Assembly: GCF_964355755.1 (NCBI RefSeq)
Contig: NC_092676.1
Span: forward strand, 1 to 64,000
Direction: 5' to 3'
DNA length: 64,000 bases
Source: Antedon mediterranea
Taxonomy: Eukaryota > Animalia > Echinodermata
Within the stretch, counting starts at the first letter, position 1, and each line of letters opens with the position of its first letter. Position numbers and translations under genes: made by a program. A model generated the notes under the pieces. It searched no databases, was not told the origin of the DNA, and worked only from the letters and a program-made list of their open reading frames with translations. Shown here piece by piece: positions 52,682 through 64,000 of this stretch.

Positions 52682-53176
52682 ATAATTATCAGGGCCTATT
52701 TATAAACCTCTACCAGGTGACCAGTTGTGTAATATATATAATTATCAGGGCCTATTTATAAACCTCTACCAGGTGACCAGTTGTGTAATATATATAATTA
52801 TCAGGGCCTATTTATAAACCTCTACCAGGTGACCAGTTGTGTAATATATATAATTATCAGGGCCTATTTATAAACCTCTACCAGGTGACCAGTTGTGTAA
52901 TATATATAATTATCAGGGCCTATTTATAAACCTCTACCAGGTGACCAGTTGTGTAATATATACAATTATCAGGGCCTATTTATAAACCTCTACCAGGTGA
53001 CCAGTTGTGTAATATATATAATTATCAGGGCTATTTATAAACCTCTACCAGGTGACCAGTTGTGTAATATATATAATTATCAGGGCCTATTTATAAACCT
53101 CTACCAGGTGACCAGTTGTGTAATATATATAATTATCAGGGCCTATTTATAAACCTCTACCAGGTGACCAGTTGTG
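52682..53176. repeat. 56-bp minisatellite, about 9 copies, directly upstream of the putative first RFX6 coding exon
   Basis: Unit ataattatcagggcctatttataaacctctaccaggtgaccagttgtgtaatatat. Confidence 0.95.
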
Positions 53177-53244
53177 TAGTATATTTGCTCGAGAAAAACT
53201 GAGCTCCACCTGGTATTGACATTGAGTTAATTCACACTGAAAAT

Positions 53245-56200
53245 ATGAAAAGAACATCATCTGTGAGTAAAGCTATCAGCACCAAAGAAACAAGTGAAGC
53301 AATCATCGGAAACAAAACGACGTTCGATAATAATCGTAAGTTGTATTGAAATATATATTTATATATATACACCGGGGTAAACCCCTACTCGTCTCGAAAG
53401 ATGTACTAGGTTCTTTAAAGTGCACATGAGCTAGATGTGTACACTGTCTTAACCGCTCGGCCACTCACTCACGCCACTCACTCACTCACTCACGCCACTC
53501 ACTGATCATGTATAAGTATTAATCTTAGGCCTATAATAAGTTGGTATTTAACTTCGATTCTATTTTTTTTAATATATATTTGTTTTTCTATTTTCATTCA
53601 TTGCATGTTTTATTTAAGGAAATAAAGTTAGCAAAACTTTTGAAGAATTAAAAGAACATGGAGGGGATACTCGTGTTTTTAAACGAGCCGCTAAGAAAAC
53701 GGTTGCGCAGATAATAAAGGATAAGAAAAAACAACAAACATTAACTATCCAATGGTCAGTTTTTAACTTACTATACGAGTAACACTAATACCTATACCTG
53801 AAAAACATTTAAAAACATCACATTATATTCATTTAATGTCAATAATTAATGCAGGTTAGACGAAAATTACTGTGTATGCGAAGGAGTGTGTTTACCACGC
53901 TGTATTCTATATTCACATTATCTGGATTTCTGTGAAAAGGAACATTTAGAGCCAGCATGTGCTGCTACATTTGGAAAGGTAATATAAATATACATGAATT
54001 AAATAGTAAAACATTTAGAGCCAGCATGTGCTGCTACATTTGGAAAGGTAATATAAATATACATGAATTAAATGGTAAAACATTTAGAGCCAGCATGTGC
54101 TGCTACATTTGGAAAGGTAATATAAATATACATGAATTAAATAGTAAAACATTTAGAGCCAAACATTTAGAGCCAGCATGTGCTGCTACATTTGGAAAGG
54201 TAATATAAATATACATGAATTAAATGGTAAAACATTTAGAGCCAGCATGTGCTGCTACACTTGGAAAGGTAATATAAATATACATGAATTAAATGGTAAA
54301 ACATTTAGAGCCAGCATGTGCTGCTACATTTGGAAAGGTAATATAAATATACATGAATTAAATGGTAAAACATTTAGAGCCAGCATGTGCTGCTACATTT
54401 GGAAAGGTAATATAAATATACATGAATTAAATGGTAAAACATTTAGAACCAGCATGTGCTGCTTCATTTGGAAAGGTAATATAAATATACATGAATTAAA
54501 TGGTAAAACATTTAGAGCCAGCATGTGCTGCTATATTTGGAAAGGTAATATAAATATACATGAATTGAATAGTAAAACATTTAGAGCCAGCATGTGCTGC
54601 TACATTTGGAAAGGTACTATAAATATACATGAATTAAATAGTAAAACATTTAGAGCCAGCATGTGCTGCTACATTTGGAAAGGTAATATAAATATACATG
54701 AATTAAATAGTAAAACATTTAGAGCCAGCATGTGCTGCTACATTTGGAAAGGTAATATAAATAGGCCTATACATGAATTCACATTTAGAGCCAGCATGTG
54801 CTGCTACATTTGGTAAGGTAATATAAATATACATGAATTAAATGGTAAAATGGTAAAGAAATCAGCAGAGTAAATACAATTCCACTTGGAACATAATGTT
54901 TTCTGTGTTTTTAACCATAACTTGATTGTTTACTGAAAGACGTAGTTATGTATAGAAATATATTGTATTATGGTTTCAGACAATACGGCAAAAGTTTCCT
55001 CACCTTACAACTCGACGTCTCGGAACAAGAGGACATTCAAAGTGAGTCCATTGATCCACATTTAGTATATTTATTGATAATAAACATTATAAACAGTTTT
55101 TACATTTTGGTAATAATTATTATTAGTAAAAAGTTAAATCTTGCGTTCAATTATTTAGGTATCATTACTATGGAATTGGAATTAAAGAAACAAGTGCCTA
55201 TTACCACTCGGTGTATTCTGGGAAGGGACTGACAAGGTACTATTCAAAATAATTTAATTTATTTTATGTTCAGTTCGCAATAGTAATATTAAATGTTTAC
55301 TGTATCATTGAGATGCTTATAGCTACACGACACATTTCTAGTAATGAGACTTTAGATTGGATTTTTTTATGACAAATTACTCTTGTTGTATAAATACCGA
55401 CCAATATGAAAGGTTGAAAACACGAATACACTCAAGAAGCGAGGACTAGTAATCAATTTGGATCGCTGTTGAACCAAATGATTGTTAAGTCAATATTTGT
55501 TTGATGATAACAAGCAACTAATCTGCTGTTTTAAAGTACAAAACACATGCAAAGAAGCGTTTGTTAAGAGTGTATACATCTAAAGCTGTTTGATTTAATC
55601 TTTTATGACATGGTTGGGTTGAAAGTCCTTTCGTTAGGCATGTTACTACATTTTTAAATCATAATTTCTATTGGTTACTTTATAAGTATATGCACACACC
55701 CGATTATCACATTCTATTTATAATCAGATTTTTAGGTAAATAGTTATCTCATAATTTAAATTGTTTGTGGAATTTTTGAATTAAACGTTAACTATAATTT
55801 TAGAATCGTTATAAGTACCTTTAGCCGTTGCTGTGTGTGTGTTAATCTTGTTATTTGTATTGTTTGTTGTTGAAAATGTATTATAATTTAGACTAACTAG
55901 CTGGTTCATTCATCATTGATGTTCGGAAACATGCAAAGCCATGTGTATTAGACAGGCCCTACTTAAAGTGCTCATTTAATGATCATGATTCAAGATTCAA
56001 TTTTATTTTAAATTAAAATGGAAATAATATGATGATTTAGTGTGTATTATTGTGTTTTATCAACAGATTTTCTGGCGCCCGATTGAAAAGCGAGGTAGGA
56101 AAAAATACTAATTGATTAAATCATATTAAAATCTTTTCAATGTACCATAATGATGGTATAACATATAATTAAGTAAAACTTAATTATTTCAATTAAGTAT

Positions 56201-59200
56201 TAAGAGAGAATGCAATAAAGTAAAATGTGCGTCCACCGTAAATCTTAGTGTGGAAACAGATTTGTTAAAGGAGCGATCGAACATAGAAGGAACATATCGC
56301 GGAACAAGTTGGGTAATATAAGATGAACGGACAAAATAAGCTTTAATTGCTAAAACAAGGATATTGAAGAAATTATGTTGTTAAATAGTGTAGTTAAATA
56401 ACATTTTTTTGGTCTGGCAAACTCAGTGAGTTTTTTAGATCAGCAGTAAGGACAAAATGTATTGGTTTTTTTTCTTAGCACCCTCTGTTTCATTTTACTG
56501 TATCACTGAATTGAGAAATTCATAATATAGAAATAAGTCTGCGGAAAACATTTTATTTATATTTTATATGCGTTTTTAAGGGTGGATTCAGTAGAAAATA
56601 CTCGTTAGCATCAAAGACCGGAACTTTACTCCCAGATTTCCCCTCTGTTGACGATATGATTCTGGAAGCCGAGATAGAAAGAGACAAGGTATGTTTAGTA
56701 TAGAGGGCAGTATAGCAAATTGAGTGTCAATGAAGTAGTCACCTTATGAACAAATGTGTATTGCTTTTAAAAAAATCTAAGAAAACTAAATTATTACAAA
56801 ACTAAATTAGGATTTGTGAAATACTGAATGAATAAATTTAAATTTCTTGTTTATAAGCTTCAAACACTGTTAATGATGTATAAGACACACTGCCAATGTA
56901 TACTTGACACGATTATCAACAACAATATTGAAGAGGTAAGCAATATAATTCGTTTTATATTTCGTCAATTAAAACAGTGGCGAATTTAGTATCTAGTATC
57001 GTCTGCAAGCCAAATTGTGTTTCAATTCTACTCCTAATTGAATTTCGATCAACTTAAACATAATTCTGAATAATAATAATAACGTTATAACTTTAACTTC
57101 AATTTAGATTCCTATTTTCTTACTGCATTTTTGGCAAGGAATGCCAGATCATCTGTTACTGTATTTAGAGAAAGAGATAGTTTTGGATCTTGTAGCTATC
57201 TGTGACTCAATTCTATATAGGACAACTATTGAAATATTGATTCCTGCAACAATGCAAGAAATGTCAGAAGAGTGAGTTATATTATAATTTACCGAACAAC
57301 TTACGAATTAGAGGTGATACAGTGTAATCCTTTTCCACTAATTACTGACTTAAAATCCAGTCTTTTAGCTGACATACGAAGTTTTTCAAAGCAATGGGAA
57401 GATTGGATGAAAACATCACTTGAAAACTTACCAGATGCGTTGTATCAAGTGAAGATGCCTGTTGCAAGGCGATTCGTGCTGTCTCTCAAAAGACAGGCAT
57501 CATTTTTGCATTTAGCTCAGGTTCGTCATTCTGACTGAGTAAAAGAGAGAAATACATTTTGTTAAAAGCTTAATGAATATCATCATCATCATTTTGCTAT
57601 GAATAATGTGTCGTCGCTATTATTAGGCCTACAGTTATATTTTATAAAAATATGTATTTAATTAAATCAATTTCAACTTAATCTTCGGAATCTTTGGTCT
57701 ATAGAAACTAAAATTACATATAAATGAATTAAAAATAAAGAAGACTGTACTACTACTCATCTCGGGACTCCACCTGGTGGATTTGACTTATATAAGACTG
57801 TACTACTACTCATCTCAGGATAGCACTCCACCTGGTGGATTTGACTTATATAAGACTGTACTACTACTCATCTCAGGATAGCACTCCCCCTGGTGGATTT
57901 GACTTATATAAGACTGTACTACTACTCATCTCAGGATAGCACTCCACCTGGTGGATTTGACTTATATAAGACTGTACTACTACTCATCTCAGGACTCCAC
58001 CTGGTGGATTTGACTTATATAAGACTGTACTACTACTCATCTCAGGACTCCACCTGGTGGATTTGACTTATATAAGACGTGTTGTTCACTTGAATTGAGT
58101 CTACACATCAGGCCATATATTGATTGAATGATTATGATTTTTTTATATGACTTTTTGTTTGTAACACAGACCGCTCGTCCAGTACTTTTTGATCAAGGAA
58201 TCGTAGATCATATGATAAAAGACATGGCATTTATAGATACTAATTGTATTGATTCTCATGTGTTGATTGGTCAAACAAACGACGACTCTGATACTGAACT
58301 GAACACAGAATGTGAGTACATTGTCACTCTTGTTGTTTTACTGTCACAAAATGTGTTACTAATAGTTACCGGATATGTTGTTTATGATAATATGATGATT
58401 TTTCTTTCTATAGTTCTTCGAGAATTTAGTGAACTACTTAAAAAGCAGGCTACCGTAGAAGCATTTACAGATTGGCTAGATCAAGTAGTTGAAAATAAAG
58501 TTTTAAAGGTGACTATATTATCAGGCATGATGCACGGATAGGCCTAAGACATTTTAAAGTATTATGTGAATACGATTATTTATTTTAGAACAAAACTAAT
58601 GGACAGACGCTTAAAAAGCGGGCACAAGAATTCCTGCTGAAATGGTCATTTTTTGGAGCACGTGTTATGCACACTTTGACATTGAATAATGCAACAAGTT
58701 TTGGTAAGATTGATAATAACAGTGATTAGCCTAAATTGATCATTTGTTAATAATATGCGTTCATGGGAGAATAGCCGGCCAAAGGAGCGACAGTGTGTCA
58801 AATAATCTGTTTAATTTCTTGCAGCATCATTCCATTTGATTAGGATGTTACTAGATGAGTACATATTACTGGCTATCGAATCTCAGTTCAATGACGAAAA
58901 AGAAACTGAACTTCATAATCTTATTCTCAAATATAACAACTCTAGTAAGTATCACATGTTGGTGAGTTGCTCTCAGTATAAAGAATCAAAAATTAAATTT
59001 TTCTTAAACGTAACACAGTGGATCTCACATTCACGGTGGGTCCTTAGGAAAACATTTTATACTAATTTAATATAATATTCAATTACTATTCATACGGTAC
59101 CGTACTGTATAACTATAAATGGTGCTATTCATACGGTACCGTACTGTATAACTATAAATGGTGCTATTCATACGGTACCGTACTGTATAACTATAAATGG

Positions 59201-61280
59201 TGCTATTCATACTGTACCGTACTGTATAACTATAAATGGTGCTATTCATACGGTACCGTACTGTATAACTATAAATGGTGCTATTCATACGGTACCGTAC
59301 TGTATAACTATAAATGGTGCTATTCATACTGTACCGTACTGTATAACTATAAATGGTGCTATTCATACGGTACCGTACTGTATAACTATAAATGGTGGTA
59401 ATTCATATTATTTTTTGGTGACTGGTGGTTTTATTTGATTGATAGGCTATCATTGAAATAATTGTATATTTGTTTACAGACCGTAATGTTCAAGTTAAAC
59501 CACTTTCGATTCAACCGAGTACGTGTTTCGCGGCAAATAGACCACATTCTCTAAGCAATAACTTTCCTGCACATCATCAAGCAAATATTAAACGTGAGAT
59601 AACGGCACAATATTCGCCTTATACGGGAATTAGTAGAGATTCGTATGCAACGTCTGCATATCCGTACTCTTACAGTGGTAGCCAATTTGCAGCTCGTCGA
59701 ATGGTAACACCACCATTGTCACCTGCAGCAATGTTTAATAGACATAGTAGTTATTATGTGAATAATGATACTAATACTTTTATTGGACAGTCCCCTGCTG
59801 CAGTAAGTTACTATCATGAAGGAAACGAATACCAACAATGTTCTCATAGTTCATATGAGCATTATCATCAAAATAGTGCATTTTATCATCATTCTAGTAG
59901 TTTGCGTCATGGCTTCAACATGATTTATCCTTCTCAAAGAACTGACTACCAAGATCAACAACAATATGATAATAATTCGTATTACGGAAGTTGCGCAATT
60001 GGACCATCAACCACTTCAGCCTATTATACAACAGATATGTATTCTAATATACAATATTATGCGATTAATAGCGAAAGCCAAGTAAATTCAGAAGGTATTA
60101 TGATTTGATTTGATTTAAATTAAAAAAAAAAACATTTTAAAAAACACAAAGTGATAAACAATTTTCCAAGATAGTCCAAAAAGCTTATTAGCTGTCGTTG
60201 GGATTCTTGTACAAAATACAATGAATCTACAGTGTATGTTAAAATTTACAAATTATACGGCAGTAATTATAAGGACTCCAATGAAAATACGCTCACTACT
60301 TTATGTTAGCTATATTGGAAAAATTCTTTAAATGTCTTTATTTTTTTATGAATTAAACATAATTTACCACTTGATTAGGCCTATGTTTTCAGTTCGCGCA
60401 CGTCAACACCACTAGGCCGCCCCTAGGTTCATAAAGTTTAGGCTAGACCTGTTATCGCTAAATGTTGGTCTTAGGCTATAGTAGTCATATTAAGGCTTAT
60501 GTTCTTCTAGAGCTATTAATATAAAACGGTATCCTAGTATACTAGTATTTTAAGGTAATATACTTTTAGCCTATTTTTTTATTGAATTTACCTTGAGCAC
60601 CTTGTCCTCTTTCCAACAAAATTCTGCACTGGTCAGATGTCTGAAGTACGTACAATTTACATATACAGCAGCTGTGCATCATCAAGCTCAGCAGTGCTAC
60701 AAACCTACTTGGTAGTTATACAATTATCAATATCAAGTACATTTTCTGTTTTTCAGAATCAAAAACAAACAGTTGCAATTATGATCAACGAGCAGTAAGG
60801 AATGTCGAACATACACCTGCTAACAGCCACACCACTGCTGCTGCTGAAGCCAATCACTACGCATATGAGACCACAGACCCTCTCAACCTTTTAGATTATA
60901 CCCAGCAAAAACGAAATTCAAAACGTTTTACAATGTATTCTGATGATTTTCTTCCAGGTAAATGTAATTTGTTTTGTTTATGAATTAATTAAATAAGAAA
61001 TCAAGTATTGAGACCAATGCGCCGGGTGCGCGCCAGATAAGAAGTGATGCCAAAGTTATGCGTTAAGATAGTGAAAATAGTTCCTAATTCTAATATTTTT
61101 ATTCTAGAAAGTCAAAACATGGTAAGCATACACTGTCGAAAACCAAACAGAAATGAATGCTATAATTTGCAGCAAGAACACTTTTCTGGTACAGTTGAAC
61201 CTGATCGAATTGTTTCACAATCTCAAAATGAAGACCGACCAACAAGCCTACCGTCTATCAACCTCATGTTTGTGCCATAA
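53245..61280 (+). CDS. RFX6: Regulatory factor X6 (winged-helix transcription factor), spliced, 17 coding exons, about 829 aa
   Basis: Phase-compatible GT-AG exons read by hand: 53245-53335 (start uncertain), 53619-53754, 53855-53978, 54980-55041, 55159-55236, 56067-56094, 56581-56688, 56858-56935, 57108-57271, 57361-57520, 58170-58311, 58414-58508, 58589-58703, 58825-58944, 59480-60094, 60757-60957, 61108-61280. DNA-binding domain [68 protein letters not shown], followed by the RFX6-typical [24 protein letters not shown], and dimerisation domain [38 protein letters not shown]. Confidence 0.93.
53941..54850 (+). repeat. 69-bp minisatellite, about 13 copies, made of the RFX6 exon-3 3' end plus splice donor
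   Basis: Unit aacatttagagccagcatgtgctgctacatttggaaag|gtaatataaatatacatgaattaaatggtaa. The first copy overlaps the real exon. Confidence 0.95.
57742..58078. repeat. ~61-66-bp intronic tandem repeat, 5 copies
   Basis: Repeated aagactgtactactactcatctcagga(tagca)ctccacctggtggatttgacttatat. Confidence 0.92.
59086..59397. repeat. 39-bp intronic minisatellite, 8 copies
   Basis: Unit ctattcatacggtaccgtactgtataactataaatggtg. Confidence 0.95.
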
Positions 61281-61448
61281 TAGGCCTACTTTATCTCCTC
61301 ACGGCGGCGCCAGGAAGAGGCATGCAATTGACGGTAATTCAACAGAAAAAAATGATAAAATACAAACACCACGAGCTCTGAATCTCTCACCTCTCTACCT
61401 GGAGTTCGAATCTCTATAGACTTTTTTTTTATCAATACCCATTTAATT

Positions 61449-63239
61449 GGTTTACGATTAAATCGGTCGCGTCTGAAATCGGTCGCGTTCGAAATCGGTC
61501 ACGCTATTTTGTATGGAGCGAGATGCATGCTAGCGGGATGCATGCCAGCGGGATATACATTTTCTTCGTTTATATAGATTTAATTGATATTTTTTAGGAA
61601 CTAGATTATTTATGTGGATATTTTTTATTTGGTTAATAAATATTTATTATCAATCATTTTTTTTTTTTATTTCACAGGTCTCGGAGAAGGACTGTGTCTT
61701 TTTAAAATGGCCATTTCTAAACACGTTTAAAATATTATATTAGGCATATAATAATTTACCTCTATTTTATTATGTACTGTAATTAATATTATATAGAGAA
61801 TATACGTCTGTGTCTTTTATTATGCAAACAATTACGTAAAATTGAACAATTTATTTAAAAACAATAATTGTTACAATGTATAGTCCGTTAAAAGCCAGCG
61901 TATCCATTTTTATACTTATGCATGCTGTGGCAGATATATCATATCCATGTCGTTAACAACTTACTATTCGATCACCGTATTTTTATTTCTATTTTATTTA
62001 TGTCCGTGCGTTATGTAGGATAATGATATTAATGATATATAATGATTATTATTGTTGAGACAAATCACGTGTATCTTTTTATTTCTAATGTTTAAAATAA
62101 TTTGTAGTAAAAATTATTATTATATGCGGATCGTTAAAAGGCGAGTTACTGAAATAAACCCCCAAATAAGCCATATCGGAGATGCGCCTTCTATGATCGC
62201 GCAGCCGTTAACTTTACGTTATTTTGCTGACGGGAATTCCCCTTTTAAAAAAAAACACGCACTAGTGTGTAAAATCATGGACAAAACACGTACGATTGTT
62301 GTCCATGGCCAGGTAAAGATGACTAATAGGCCTATTACTAATAACCATACGTTTGAAACATCTATAGGCCTCCTGCACGTGTTTTTGTGAAACCTAGTTC
62401 CATGTGAAACGTAATTTACGTATATACGTCGGCGATATTATAGTCTTTAAAATGAATAGGCCTATCTTTTATTTCTTCATTTATAATAATCATTTAATGT
62501 AAATAATTAAGTACAACTCAGTGTCAATCATATTCCTACTGTATAGGCACGGTAGATTGATTTTAACGGCATATAATTATCTATATTTTTTATTATTATT
62601 ATTATCCTAAAACCATGCTCACGTCAGAGTGGCGGATATCGAACGTAAAAATCATCGTCATGCATCGTCTTCCTTTATTGAGCTGGTATCCACTTGCCGG
62701 TATAGAACGAGTTTCGTAATTAACTGTAAAAAATACGCAATAGGCGCGTCTACTTGTATAACTATTAAATTATTTCAATATTTTCAAAAATTTAAACAGT
62801 AGCATGCCAATCTTTTCAAAAACTTAAACAATATTCAATAAAACATTTTTAAAACGATTTTTTCTAAACGAACACATTACAATTATTCATTGACACCCAC
62901 ATTCAAAAAATGAAAACACAAATTATTTATAAATAATGAGATAAATATTCATATTTACTGTACTTAAAAAATAAAGATCGAGGTAAAAAAAATGTCAACA
63001 GAATCAATTATTAGAAATTTCAATATTCAAAATTAACTAAAGCGTTTTGATTGAAAATGTATCTAGTGCGCCCCATACAAATTAGCGCGACCAAAATAAA
63101 ACGCGACCGATATCTAACGTAACTAATGTGATAAAAAGCGTATCTAGCGGCGCTCCATACAAAATACCGGATGTTGATTTTATCGCGACCGATTTCAAAC
63201 GCGACCGATTTCAAGCGCGACCGATTTCATCTGACACCC
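61449..63239. mobile_element. Non-autonomous TIR element with subterminal aaatcggtcgcg repeats
   Basis: The left end ggtttacgattaaatcggtcgcg (x3) matches the right end cgcgaccgatttc (x3) atctgacaccc in inverted orientation. tttaatt lies on both flanks as a possible TSD. Confidence 0.7.
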
Positions 63240-63660
63240 TTTAATTTAGGCATGGCCGTAAAACTGGTATAATACATCACCTCCGAGGAAGCTTACCACA
63301 GCGCCTTTATTTTGTCTATAAATAAAATTCATAATTCACTCTCTCTCTCCTCCTGTGTGCTCTTCAAAACATACGTAAAGTCTCTACTAACTTTCTTAAG
63401 TGAGTCATTATCACAGTCAATATTTTGCTTTTTTTTAACTACTTGCCTTTTTTCATGTTCCTTTTGTCAAAATAAATGAAATGCAAAGAGTAACATTTAT
63501 GTAAATAGGCTACATTTACCTCGTTTCAATGTCATTAATATAAACATGTTTATTGTACCTTGTATTCTATTGTATTTAAACACTCGACTAAATCACTGTT
63601 ATGTTGTGTAGAATATTAAAGTTTAGAAAGTCTCTGTGCACCTCTTTATTATTGAATTTT

Positions 63661-64000
63661 ATTTACCTCCGCCAAGGAGGTACTGTATATGTAATCGATC
63701 GCGTGTGTTTGTTTGTCTGTTTGTTTGTTACTTGGCCAAATTGAAAATTGGCCAAGTATGTTGATCTGTTTGGTTTGTTTGTGTGTGTGTTTGTTTGTTT
63801 GTCATCACTCTAGCGCTTCGAATGACTCCAAATTACTACCATGTCACCTGGTGCAAGGACGACACTGCCCAATTTTGGTTAAAATCTGGACCACGGTCCC
63901 AATTCTGGACCACTTTTAAAAATTATTTTCAGACCTGCTAGTGTTAAAAGATAGGACAGAATTATCAAAAGCCGGTGAGCAGTCTTAAATTAACATGTAA
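63661..64000 (+). mobile_element. Probable Helentron-associated (HINE/DINE-like) non-autonomous repeat
   Basis: Begins with a tttacctccgccaaggagg hairpin followed by (GTTT/GTCT)n microsatellites. Only the architecture supports this call. Confidence 0.35.

Noticed and set aside
53957-54816. MCCYIWKGN-repeat ORFs that look like Cys-rich peptide precursors
   Set aside because: They are an alternative-frame reading of the exon/donor minisatellite in an RFX6 intron.

Overview
This is the left end of an AT-rich animal chromosome with a (CCCTAA)n telomere. It is probably an invertebrate deuterostome such as an echinoderm, but that is a guess. From the end inward, the telomere (1-2290) is followed by two related CpG-rich subtelomeric satellites in opposite orientation (to about 9.6 kb). 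A TA-microsatellite region (9.6-13.1 kb) is packed with Penelope-like retroelement ends, tRNA-derived repeats and four different families of type I hammerhead ribozyme, including a retrozyme-like unit bracketed by two hammerheads. A same-strand cluster of four intronless, highly diverged three-Ig-domain transmembrane receptor genes follows (14.4-41.9 kb); two end in ITIM+ITSM pairs and two carry other tyrosine motifs. A 17-exon RFX6 orthologue lies at about 53.2-61.3 kb. Many minisatellites, MITEs and LINE 3' fragments lie in between. Most ORFs in the supplied track are repeat artefacts. All calls were made by eye, with no database search.
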